64,000 nt of DNA. It comes from an uncultured bacterium. GTDB lineage: Bacteria > Fidelibacterota > Marinisomatia > Marinisomatales > UBA1611. Where the stretch lies: NCBI GenBank assembly GCA_965660855.1, contig CBFIBM010000001.1, positions 96,001 through 160,000 of the forward strand, read 5' to 3'. Each line of letters starts with the position of its first letter. The stretch's first letter is position 1. The notes beneath the pieces were generated by a model. It worked only from the letters and a program-made list of their open reading frames with translations, was not told the origin of the DNA and ran no database searches. A program made the translations under genes and the position numbers. Below are positions 19,410-28,873 of the stretch, piece after piece.

Positions 19410-20003
19410 ATGAGTGTTGATGCAAAACTTGTAAAATCTCTTCGTGATAGAACTGGTGCTGGAATGATGGATTGTAAGAAAGCATTAGTTGAGTCCAATG
19501 GTAATATTGATAATGCAGTTGATTTTCTAAGAAAAACAGGCATAGCGAAAGCTGAAAAGAAAGGATCTAGAGAAACAAAAGAAGGTTTAATTTATCCATA
19601 TATACATTCTGGGGGTAGGTTGGGCGTACTTGTTGAAATCAATTGTGAAACAGACTTTGTTGCAAAAACTGATGGATTTAAAGAGCTTGCTCATAACTTA
19701 GCAATGCAAATTGCAGCTACTAACCCAGTATCGCTTGATCGCGATTCTGTAGATGAAAGCATAATAAATAAAGAAAAAGAAATATACCTAGATCAGGCTA
19801 AAAAAGAAGGGAAACCTGATAATATCGTTGAAAAAATGGTTGAAGGTCGTATAAATAAATTTTTTCAAGAATCTTGTCTTATGGAACAGGTTTATATTAA
19901 GGATCCTGATAAAAAAGTATCCGATCTACTAGCACAAACAATCTCTACATTAGGGGAAAATATAAGTGTAAATAGGTTCTCTCGATTTTCTATTGGAGAT
20001 TGA
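19410..20003 (+). CDS. tsf: Elongation factor Ts (short form)
   Basis: LR.RTGAGMMDCKKAL and NCETDFVA motifs. Confidence 0.97.
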   Translation: MSVDAKLVKSLRDRTGAGMMDCKKALVESNGNIDNAVDFLRKTGIAKAEKKGSRETKEGLIYPYIHSGGRLGVLVEINCETDFVAKTDGFKELAHNLAMQIAATNPVSLDRDSVDESIINKEKEIYLDQAKKEGKPDNIVEKMVEGRINKFFQESCLMEQVYIKDPDKKVSDLLAQTISTLGENISVNRFSRFSIGD

Positions 20004-20028
20004 GTACCTTTGTACTTTTTAAAGTATA

Positions 20029-20742
20029 ATGAAATTGCGTTATAAACGCATTCTTTTAAAATTATCTGGTGAGATACTAGCAGGTGCTGATGGATTTGGT
20101 ATAGATCCATCTAAAGCATCATATCTTGCAAATGAAATTAAATCAATTCATGATTTAAAAATAGACATTGGTTTAATCATAGGAGCTGGAAATATATTTA
20201 GAGGAATGGAAGCAGCTAGCAGAGGCATGGATCGAGTGACTGGCGACTATTTAGGAATGCTAGCTACTATAATGAACGCTATTTCAGTCCAAGATGCGTT
20301 GGAAAAAGTTGGATGTGAAACAAGAACTTTATCAGCAATAGATGTAAAGCAAATCTCTGAACCTTACATTAGAAGAAGAGCAATAAGACACATTGAAAAA
20401 GGAAGGATTGTAATTGTAGCAGGCGGAACTGGTAATCCTTTTTTTACAACTGACTCTGCCGCGGCATTACGTGCCACTGAATTAGGTGCTGAAATTGTTA
20501 TTAAAGGAACAAAAGTAAATGGGATCTACGATAAAGATCCTGTGAAATATAATAATGCAAAAAAATATACTAAAATTTCATTTGATAAGGTTTTAAAAGA
20601 TAACTTAAGGGTAATGGATCTTACCGCAATAACATTATGTAAAGAAAATAACTTACCAATTCAAGTTTTTGATATTAAAATACCCGGTGCATTAAAAGAG
20701 ATTATATCAGGTGAACACATTGGTACATTAGTTTCTGATTAG
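20029..20742 (+). CDS. pyrH: Uridylate kinase
   Basis: KRILLKLSGE, GN.FRG, GMLAT.MN and GNPFFTTD motifs. Confidence 0.97.
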   Translation: MKLRYKRILLKLSGEILAGADGFGIDPSKASYLANEIKSIHDLKIDIGLIIGAGNIFRGMEAASRGMDRVTGDYLGMLATIMNAISVQDALEKVGCETRTLSAIDVKQISEPYIRRRAIRHIEKGRIVIVAGGTGNPFFTTDSAAALRATELGAEIVIKGTKVNGIYDKDPVKYNNAKKYTKISFDKVLKDNLRVMDLTAITLCKENNLPIQVFDIKIPGALKEIISGEHIGTLVSD

Positions 20743-20750
20743 GGAGTTTA

Positions 20751-21311
20751 ATGATGATTGATGATATTTTAAAAGAATTAAAATCTAGAATGAACTCTTC
20801 TGTGACTCATTCTAAAGAAGAGTTAAATAAAGTTCGTACGGGAAGAGCAAACCCAGATATGTTTAGCTCACTTCTGGTTGATTATTATGGTTCAAAAACT
20901 CCATTAAACCAAGTCTGTACAATATCTGTTCCTGAAAGTAGACTTATAACATTATCTCCATTTGAAAAAACACTGCTACCAAACATTGAAAAAGCTATCT
21001 CGGATGCTAATATGGGATTTACACCAGGAAATAATGGAACCTCTGTCCTAGTACCAATTCCATCTTTAAGTGAAGAACGTAGAAAGGAATTGATTAAGTT
21101 TGTTCACAATCTAATTGAAGAGGGTAAAATTGCTATAAGAAATATTAGAAGAGATGGTATCCAGCAATTGAATAATATTGGTAAGGAGGAGAGTATATCT
21201 GAAGATATAATTAAGGATAATGAACAGGAGATTCAAATAATAACTGATTCATTTATTTCAAACCTTAGTACTCTTCAAAAAGAAAAAGAAAAAGAATTGT
21301 TAGAAGTATAG
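20751..21311 (+). CDS. frr: Ribosome recycling factor
   Basis: RTGRANP, DYYG, P.LSEERRKEL and RNIRRD motifs. Confidence 0.97.
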   Translation: MMIDDILKELKSRMNSSVTHSKEELNKVRTGRANPDMFSSLLVDYYGSKTPLNQVCTISVPESRLITLSPFEKTLLPNIEKAISDANMGFTPGNNGTSVLVPIPSLSEERRKELIKFVHNLIEEGKIAIRNIRRDGIQQLNNIGKEESISEDIIKDNEQEIQIITDSFISNLSTLQKEKEKELLEV

Positions 21312-21359
21312 AAGTATTTTGTTAGAAATCGATAAAGTTTTTAGGTATTACTAATTGCT

Positions 21360-23756
21360 TTAATCACATTTTGACCAGCCACATTCCCGACAAGTCAAAC
21401 AACCTCCTTCATTTACTACACTATGGTTATGACATTCATGACAATTTATCATCCCATCATTTTTATTTTCTTCTTCCTGAGCAAGAGTAATCTTGGGGAG
21501 GCTATTACCTTCTTTAACTACTTCTTCTTTTGGACTATTACTTCTTTCATTTAAATAGTCATCTAAAGCTTTACCTATCGCATCAGGTGTTGATAAAATA
21601 AGTCTTCCATCTTCCCATGTTGGATTTGGACCTGAAATACCCTTTAATTGTCTAACAATTGCCTTAGGATCTAAACCTGATCTAAGTGATAGGGAGATGA
21701 GTCTACTAATTGCCTCTGATTGAGCCGCTGCGTTACCACCAGCTTTTCCTATGGTGGTAAATACCTCACACAATCCATTCTCATCTTCATTAATGGTAAT
21801 ATATAGAGTACCTTCACCAGTACGAATTCTTCTAGTAACACCTGCAGTTTGATTTGGTCTAACCCTGGGCTTTTTATCGACGGATATCTTAAGTGAATTT
21901 TCAGTGTTATTAGCTGTCTCTTTATTAGTTTCTACTTTCTTATCCTGCTCGTCAGATACAAGTATACCCTCTCGACTACCTTCTCTGTATACAGTGATTC
22001 CCTTAAGGCCTGATTCATAGGCTTTCATGTATATGTCAGCTACGGTCTCTTCAGTTGTCTCTTCAGAAAGATTTACTGTTGATGATATTGATGAATCAAT
22101 ATATTTCTGAACCTCACCTTGCATCCTAACTCTAAAATAGGGATCTATTGCGTGCGCAGTAGTAACATGGTCAGGAAGATTCTCATCTGTTCCAAATAAT
22201 TTCTCAATGATGGGGTGATATACCTTGTACTCCTTAAAAGATTTTCCATAGCCATCATTTTCTTTCACACGTCTTTTATATGAGGTTGCAAAAATAGGTT
22301 CTAGGCCCGAAGTGACTCTTGCTACGATAGCCCCACTTCCTGTTGGTGCTACAGTAGTTAGAGTACAATTACGAACACCTGTTTTCTTAATTTTATTCTG
22401 GATATTTTTTGGCAAGTTTTTCACGAATTTACTTTTTGAGTAGCCTGACCATTTAAAATTGGGAAATTGTCCTTTTTCAATTGATAAATCTGCGCTTGTT
22501 TCATAAGCAGTATCTCTAAAAATTTGCATCACTTGTCCAATAGTCTGGAGAGCATCCTCACTGTCATATTTAACACCCATTTTTACCAACATGTCTCCAA
22601 GACCTAAAATTCCAAGTCCTACTCTTCGGTCATTTGTAGCATTTTTCTTTTGGTCTTCTAAAGCATGTCTTTCCATATTATAATCCACGACGTTGTCTAA
22701 AAATCGAGTACCAATTGCTACTGTATCTTTAAACTCATCTATCATGAAATTACCTTTCACATCAACGAACCTTTCAAGATTAACAGCTCCTAGATTACAA
22801 CAACCTCCATCAGGGAGTGGTTGCTCTGCACAAGGGTTTGTAGAGACTAAAGGTGAACAGTACTCTGCATTATGATAATCGGTCATAGTATCCCAAAATA
22901 ATAGACCTGGTTCTGCACTGGAGTGCGCATGGGTTATAATATTATCCCATAAATCTTTAGCTTTAATTGTTTCATATACTTCACCTTCATATTTTAAATC
23001 GAAATCACTGTTATTTTTTACAGCATCCATAAAATCGTGGGTGAGTAATACGGATATGTTTGAATATTTTACCATATCTATATCGCCTGTTTTGATGCTT
23101 ATAAACTTTTGGATATCAGGATGATCGATTCTTAAAGTTTGCATGTTTGCGCCTCTTCTACCATGTTGAGCAATTGTATTTGTATTTTCGCTAAAGAGGT
23201 TCATAAAACCTGTTGGTCCACAAGATTCTCCTCCAGTACCGTTAATAGATTTTCCGGATGGTCTTAAAACAGAGAGGTCATGCCCACAACCACCACCATA
23301 TTTATAGGTGAGAGCTTCATTAATAATAGTTTCATAGATCGATTTTATAGAATCTTTTCTTACAGCTACAACATAGCAATTATTCAGAGTAGTTGTAATA
23401 TCTTCTCTTCCTGCACCATGCATTATACGACCACCAGGAACAAATTTGAAGTCTTCGAGTATGTTAAAAAATTTATGTTCCCATTCATCTCTCATTTTTT
23501 TATTCTTCTCTACGGAGGCTAGGGCTGATGCTTGTCTCTTCCACATTTCATATGGATGTTTTTCCCATGGTGCGAGATATTTTTGTTTGAGTACATCGGA
23601 ACCAAGATCATCATTTTTGTAATATTCGTCTATGCTAAACTTTTTAGGAACTGATAAAACTTTTTTTTCTTTTTCTAAATGTTTTAAGATAGGGTTCTTT
23701 AGTGATTTTCCATCTGAATCATTTAATGTTAGATCGAGTTCCATTGCTTCTGCCAT
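21360..23756 (-). CDS. nrdJ: Adenosylcobalamin-dependent (class II) ribonucleotide reductase with TSCPD domain and C-terminal Zn ribbon
   Basis: RRGANM, TNPCAEQPL, APTG, KGITVYR.GSR and CHEC..EGGCLTC.ECGWSKC motifs; no beta-subunit gene nearby; start at 23756 (AAGGA SD) or 23783. Confidence 0.92.
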   Translation of the reverse strand: MAEAMELDLTLNDSDGKSLKNPILKHLEKEKKVLSVPKKFSIDEYYKNDDLGSDVLKQKYLAPWEKHPYEMWKRQASALASVEKNKKMRDEWEHKFFNILEDFKFVPGGRIMHGAGREDITTTLNNCYVVAVRKDSIKSIYETIINEALTYKYGGGCGHDLSVLRPSGKSINGTGGESCGPTGFMNLFSENTNTIAQHGRRGANMQTLRIDHPDIQKFISIKTGDIDMVKYSNISVLLTHDFMDAVKNNSDFDLKYEGEVYETIKAKDLWDNIITHAHSSAEPGLLFWDTMTDYHNAEYCSPLVSTNPCAEQPLPDGGCCNLGAVNLERFVDVKGNFMIDEFKDTVAIGTRFLDNVVDYNMERHALEDQKKNATNDRRVGLGILGLGDMLVKMGVKYDSEDALQTIGQVMQIFRDTAYETSADLSIEKGQFPNFKWSGYSKSKFVKNLPKNIQNKIKKTGVRNCTLTTVAPTGSGAIVARVTSGLEPIFATSYKRRVKENDGYGKSFKEYKVYHPIIEKLFGTDENLPDHVTTAHAIDPYFRVRMQGEVQKYIDSSISSTVNLSEETTEETVADIYMKAYESGLKGITVYREGSREGILVSDEQDKKVETNKETANNTENSLKISVDKKPRVRPNQTAGVTRRIRTGEGTLYITINEDENGLCEVFTTIGKAGGNAAAQSEAISRLISLSLRSGLDPKAIVRQLKGISGPNPTWEDGRLILSTPDAIGKALDDYLNERSNSPKEEVVKEGNSLPKITLAQEEENKNDGMINCHECHNHSVVNEGGCLTCRECGWSKCD

Positions 23757-24110
23757 ATTGCGTTCCTTGGTTTGGTATCTCATATTATTACGAGAATATG
23801 TATTTATAAGTATTTAAAAAAGGATGACAATTGAAACAAATGATAATCCCTAGGTTGGCACTTATAAAATATAGAAAATAGACTATAAATAATACAAGTA
23901 ATAAAGAGTTACTATGTCTGTTTCTCGACGGTAAATATTTTTTTTATAATGATTTATATATATTTTTTTTTAAGACAAAAAATTCTTATAATTCTTGTAA
24001 ATATCGTAATATCATTAATTAAATAATTTTGTTAATTTTATATCTTAAAAAGATTTTTTTTTATCATTTTAAAAAGAAAGTTGATAATCAGAAATTAATG
24101 GATCTAGAAA

Positions 24111-25427
24111 ATGAAAATACCGCTAGTAGCAATTGTTGGTAGACCCAATGTAGGAAAATCAACATTTTTTAATAGAGTTCTAAGTCAACGACAATCAATC
24201 GTAGACTCAGAAGAGGGGATTACTAGAGATAGAATATATGCCGAAATGGATTGGTCAGGTAATTTATTGAAATTTATTGATACTGGAGGCTATATACCGG
24301 AGGATATTGATGTTTTTAATAAAGCTGTAAGGGAACAGGCTGTCGAAGCAATAGAAGAGGCTGACTTAGTTTTATTTCTTGTTGATGGCAAGCAAGAACC
24401 TACTTCTAGTGACAAAGATTTAGCCCATTCTATTAGAAGAAGTAATAAACCATATATTATGGTTGTAAATAAATGTGATACATTGAAATCAGACATCCTG
24501 AAAAATCGATTCTATGAATTAGGATTGGATAATATTGCAGCAATATCAGCATTAAATGGACGAAATATTGGCGATTTATTAGATAAAATTATTGAACAGA
24601 TAGACTTCGATATTGAATTAGATGGTAAAAAAAATAATGAGCATTTAAGGCTAGCAATTGTTGGAATGCCAAACGTTGGTAAATCTTCACTAACAAATGC
24701 TTTACTGCAAAAAAATAGAATCATCGTTACGCCCATCGCCGGAACAACAAGGGATGCGATAGATGCTAACCTGAGGTGGCACGGTAATGAGATTACTCTT
24801 GTGGATACTGCAGGGCTAAGAAAATTAGCTAAGATTAAAGATAAAATAGAATTTTATTCCACAATTAGAACAAAGAGTGCAATTGAAGATTCTAATGTTG
24901 TTGCAGTTTTAATTGATGCATCAAAAGGTTTTGGTAAGCAAGACAAAGCTATACTGGATGAAGTTATTAAATCAGGCAAAGGATTGGTAATTGTTGTAAA
25001 TAAATGGGATTTATTAGAAAAAGATACAGATACTATGAAATCATTTGAAGAGGGTATCAGGAGCTATTTTAAATCACTTGATCATTATCCCATGATTTTT
25101 ATTTCGACCGTAACCAAACAAAGAATACATCAAGTTTTAGAGCATGCATGGAAGCTTTTTGAAAAAGGTAAAAAATCTGTATCAACTAAAAAGTTAAATG
25201 ATTGTTTAATTAATATTATCGCAAAAAATCCGCCACCTTCTGACGCAGGGAGAACTGTGAAAATTAAATATGCAACTCAAGTAAGTTGTGAGCCTTCAGT
25301 TATCGCTTTATATAGCAATTTTCCAGATAAAATAAAGGTCCCCTATACAAGATACTTAGAAAATCAAATAAGAAAGTTTTTTGATTTCAATGGTATTCCA
25401 CTATTTTTATCATTTCGGAAAAAATAA
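24111..25427 (+). CDS. der: Ribosome biogenesis GTPase Der/EngA
   Basis: Two tandem G-domains (GRPNVGKST and GMPNVGKSS) plus a KH-like C-terminus. Confidence 0.97.
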   Translation: MKIPLVAIVGRPNVGKSTFFNRVLSQRQSIVDSEEGITRDRIYAEMDWSGNLLKFIDTGGYIPEDIDVFNKAVREQAVEAIEEADLVLFLVDGKQEPTSSDKDLAHSIRRSNKPYIMVVNKCDTLKSDILKNRFYELGLDNIAAISALNGRNIGDLLDKIIEQIDFDIELDGKKNNEHLRLAIVGMPNVGKSSLTNALLQKNRIIVTPIAGTTRDAIDANLRWHGNEITLVDTAGLRKLAKIKDKIEFYSTIRTKSAIEDSNVVAVLIDASKGFGKQDKAILDEVIKSGKGLVIVVNKWDLLEKDTDTMKSFEEGIRSYFKSLDHYPMIFISTVTKQRIHQVLEHAWKLFEKGKKSVSTKKLNDCLINIIAKNPPPSDAGRTVKIKYATQVSCEPSVIALYSNFPDKIKVPYTRYLENQIRKFFDFNGIPLFLSFRKK

Positions 25428-25477
25428 GAGAGACTATCTAAGCTAATATTTATTCAATATTAGGATAAAAAAAATAT

Positions 25478-26014
25478 TTACTGGAAATTAATAATGGATA
25501 TCTTATTCCATTCTTTTAAATTTTCAGAAATATATACTTCGCCTATTATGTTCACAGCTGTAAAAAATTGCTTAATATCTTCACCAAAAGCTGATTTTTG
25601 TATAGAAATAAAGTCATGATCACTTTCAATTACAGAAAAATACTCCAGCTCATTCCCTAGAGTTTGCGGGTTTCTATTTTCTAATTTATAAATTTCCCCA
25701 TTAGACAATAAATATGCAAATCCTGTTACTTTTGGTGCAAATCCAAAACTATATGCTGTTATACCGACTATTTTTTGATCTAATATTTTAGACCCTTGTG
25801 AGATAATTTGATTCAATTTTTTTAATTTATCTGGAGATATACTCTCACCTTTTTCACCTCTTTCACCCTTTTCACCTCTTTCACCTTGGATACCTTGTTT
25901 TCCTATTGGGCCCTTAGGACCGATAGGCCCAGCAGGACCAGGGTTGGAACTAGATGCACAAGAAATAAATATAATTGGTAATATGGATAGGATAACCTTC
26001 ATTTCAATTCTCAT
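25478..26014 (-). CDS. Collagen-like (Gly-X-Y) lipoprotein
   Basis: Lipobox FISC, 11 Gly-X-Y triplets and a globular C-terminus. Confidence 0.75.
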   Translation of the reverse strand: MRIEMKVILSILPIIFISCASSSNPGPAGPIGPKGPIGKQGIQGERGEKGERGEKGESISPDKLKKLNQIISQGSKILDQKIVGITAYSFGFAPKVTGFAYLLSNGEIYKLENRNPQTLGNELEYFSVIESDHDFISIQKSAFGEDIKQFFTAVNIIGEVYISENLKEWNKISIINFQ

Positions 26015-26571
26015 TAGTTTGAAAATAAATAGGGCAGTGCTCTACCATAAGCCATAGACATGATGATCAAAAGTTCAGATAAAAGAGCTGAAATAAAAAA
26101 GAAAGTAGACTTTCTAATATTGTTATTTTTTACATTATTAATATTTCCAAGTGCAAAAACCTGAGATGCAAACATTTCATAAAGTTGGTCATCATTTTTT
26201 ACTATTGATTTGAGATAAAAAGCATATTCTTCAGAGGATTTGAATTGACTAATCCCTGCAAAAAAAGTAGGGTTAATAACTTCTGACCTATCTGCACCTT
26301 CTTCCTCAATTTTTGTTTTGTGGGGTGCAATCCTAGGAATAATAACACGTACTAAGTAATATATTGTACCCATAGCTGATGTAAAATAAATCATCATTAA
26401 GGTGAAAACAAAAAAGGTGATTTGAATTTTTTGAAAATGAACGATGAAGAACACCATAAAAACACCAAGTATAGATAATAATGTGAATGCTTTTTGGTCT
26501 GTTCTTTGAATTACCTGCTGTTCTCCAGATAATACTTGGAGAAGGGCATTAAATTGTTTTGTAGAATCCAT
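26014..26571 (-). CDS. Pycsar-effector-like (DUF5706-like) membrane protein
   Basis: I.RTDQKA..LL before TM1, a second TM helix followed by P.R, an FFAGI motif and a basic K...IR.S stretch before a C-terminal TM helix. Confidence 0.65.
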   Translation of the reverse strand: MDSTKQFNALLQVLSGEQQVIQRTDQKAFTLLSILGVFMVFFIVHFQKIQITFFVFTLMMIYFTSAMGTIYYLVRVIIPRIAPHKTKIEEEGADRSEVINPTFFAGISQFKSSEEYAFYLKSIVKNDDQLYEMFASQVFALGNINNVKNNNIRKSTFFFISALLSELLIIMSMAYGRALPYLFSN

Positions 26572-26735
26572 TATTTATGTTATTATTTTTTAAAATATAT
26601 TGAGAATATAACCATTGATCAAAAAATGACATAGGATTTTATAGTGCATTAGAAAAGATAACTAATGTTATCTTGTTATAAGAAAAAATATGATCTAATT
26701 TTGAAGTGTCTTTTATATTAAAATTTAAATATGAT

Positions 26736-26809
<74 letters not shown>

Positions 26810-26835
26810 CTACCGAGAAAACCAGAATCTCGACG

Positions 26836-26863
26836 AAAAGCTCTCTTAGTTGAGAGCTTTTTT
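26836..26863. terminator. Bidirectional intrinsic terminator
   Basis: AAAAGCTCTC-TTAGTT-GAGAGCTTTTTT between the convergent tRNA and CDS. Confidence 0.85.
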
Positions 26864-26901
26864 GTTTTATGTTTAGTATTATTTGTTTTGTTCGAATTCA
26901 A

Positions 26902-27822
26902 TTACTTCAATAAAATCATTTTTTTTGTTTGGCTAAAATCACCTGTATGAATTTTATACAAGTAAACACCTGCGGGCACTGGTAAACCTTGATTGTTTGT
27001 AGCATCCCACTGAATTGAATTTGAACCATATTTTTGATTTTGACTTAGAAGCTTATTTACAGGATTACCTAAAATGTCGTAGATAATAATATTTACATAG
27101 GAATCTTCAGATAAATCATACTTTATAGTAGTGATTGGATTAAATGGATTAGGATAATTTTCATGTAGATAATAATTGACGGGAAATGATGTGTTATGAT
27201 CATTTTTTAAAGAAATACAGATCTGCTGACATTCATCCATGGAAGTAAAAAAAGCGTCTGTGTAATCAATATTATTCACAACCCAATCACATCCTGATAT
27301 GTATTCACAATTATTATTTTTCCAACCAATGCCCAATGGCATATCACATAGACCAAAATTAACAAATGATAAGTCTGTACAACCGTTTTGTGTTTCACAT
27401 ATAATTAGATTTTCATTTAAATAATAATCTGACCAACAACCTCCACAGTAATTTGGAATACATTGTGCGTCTAAATCTGAATGACAATAACTTGATAGAC
27501 AAGGATTTGAAAAGCAATTAACAGGTGATTGACAATTAGAAGAAATTTTAATTTGAGTTATATTTACGGAGTTACACTCTGTACAAGATGTGGAATCTCC
27601 TTCAATTTCAACAAATCTATTTATGAAATAAGAAAGATTAAATGAATCATTATCAGTAGAAATATAGCTTAAAAAATTCCCAAATTCATCTTCAAGTGAG
27701 TGAGACACACAATTTTCCTCCATGCAAACAGATGCATTTATAGCTCTAACATATCCATGAAAGGTAAAATCTTGACACCATATTAAAGCAGGAAAAATGA
27801 TCGTTAGAATTAATACCAGCAT
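26902..27822 (-). CDS. Cysteine-rich secreted protein with T9SS/FlgD-type C-terminal sorting domain
   Basis: Signal peptide, about 19 Cys, and a NYPNPFNP...WDATN..G..V..GVY.Y...KKMILLK tail. Confidence 0.8.
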   Translation of the reverse strand: MLVLILTIIFPALIWCQDFTFHGYVRAINASVCMEENCVSHSLEDEFGNFLSYISTDNDSFNLSYFINRFVEIEGDSTSCTECNSVNITQIKISSNCQSPVNCFSNPCLSSYCHSDLDAQCIPNYCGGCWSDYYLNENLIICETQNGCTDLSFVNFGLCDMPLGIGWKNNNCEYISGCDWVVNNIDYTDAFFTSMDECQQICISLKNDHNTSFPVNYYLHENYPNPFNPITTIKYDLSEDSYVNIIIYDILGNPVNKLLSQNQKYGSNSIQWDATNNQGLPVPAGVYLYKIHTGDFSQTKKMILLK

Positions 27823-27925
27823 GTCTAAGCATACAAAAATTTATTGTAGAATCGATATACCTATTTTCTTATATATAAAAGTAAAAAAAATAAAAATATA
27901 TTATTATTTTTTTGTATTTTAAGAT

Positions 27926-28759
27926 ATGTTGTTAACTAAATACTTGACTAAAGTTCTTTTATTTTTTTCTCTATTGAGTTCACAATATTATGAAGTTGGT
28001 GACCAAGTTGAAAATTTTGGAGCTTCTATATGCATGAATGGCAATGCTAACGACACTTGGAGTTTTGAGGAGCACGGAATAAATAAAGTTATATTTTTAA
28101 GTATTTTTGCAACTTGGTGAGGAGGATGTCAGGCGGAGGCTCCGCAATTAGAGGCAGTTAAACAACAATTTATAAACGAAGAAGTTATAATAATTACAGC
28201 AGGTAAAAGTTGGGGCCAACCATATACCTGCGAACAATGGGCAACAAATTTTGGATTAACTATACCCATTTTAGATGATGAAATTGATTCGCTATCAAGC
28301 TTATTTGGTAACTCAATTCCTCACAATGTAGTTATAGATGGTAATGGTCAAATAGTATACACATCTAATGGTCATAATCTTACAGGTATTATTAGTGTCA
28401 TGGAAAATTCATTAAGTACTATTATCGAAGACTATGACGGCGATGGAATTTTGGATGATCAAGATAACTGCACTGAAATACAAAACCCGTCACAAAATGA
28501 TACTGATTTAGATGGAATTGGAGATGCCTGTGATTTTTGTGATAATTTGAACATCTTTATCGATGGTAATATCTATGGAGAGATTGATAATCAAATGAAT
28601 TATGACATTGATATTTTTGACTTAATAACTTTACTTGATATTATTGCAAGTAATGATATTACTAATTGTGGTTATGAAATTGGAGATATTACAAATGATG
28701 GAAATGTAAATATCATTGATGCAATTGCACTGCTTCAAAGAATTCTTAATCCAATTTAA
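27926..28759 (+). CDS. Secreted thioredoxin-fold (TlpA/AhpC-TSA-like) selenoprotein with UGGC motif and TSP3/dockerin-like C-terminus
   Basis: In-frame TGA at 28118-28120 within FATW-U-GGC; the frame stays open into the 28400 ORF; IP.NVVID.NG redoxin motif; SECIS-like hairpin downstream. Confidence 0.85.
28133..28145 (+). promoter_or_regulatory. Candidate bacterial SECIS hairpin
   Basis: GCGGA-GGC-TCCGC, with a G-starting loop about 18 nt after the UGA. Confidence 0.6.
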
Positions 28760-28873
28760 ATTTATCATTAGTTACTTAACCTGGTATGAAGTACAATAAA
28801 TATTATATTTGATAAAAAATTCTAAGTACTAATTAAATATATTATTATGGTTTGTTTCTTAAAAAAAATGTAA

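Noticed and set aside
23784..24110. NrdR boxes or cobalamin riboswitch upstream of nrdJ
   Set aside because: Only weak AT-rich partial matches; no convincing palindrome pair or B12 box.
28118..28120. Genome-wide TGA reassignment (Trp or Gly) as the explanation for the readthrough
   Set aside because: tsf, the GGGP synthase and the GH92 gene end at TGA at their expected C-termini, Trp is encoded by TGG, and this TGA falls exactly on a catalytic Cys position.
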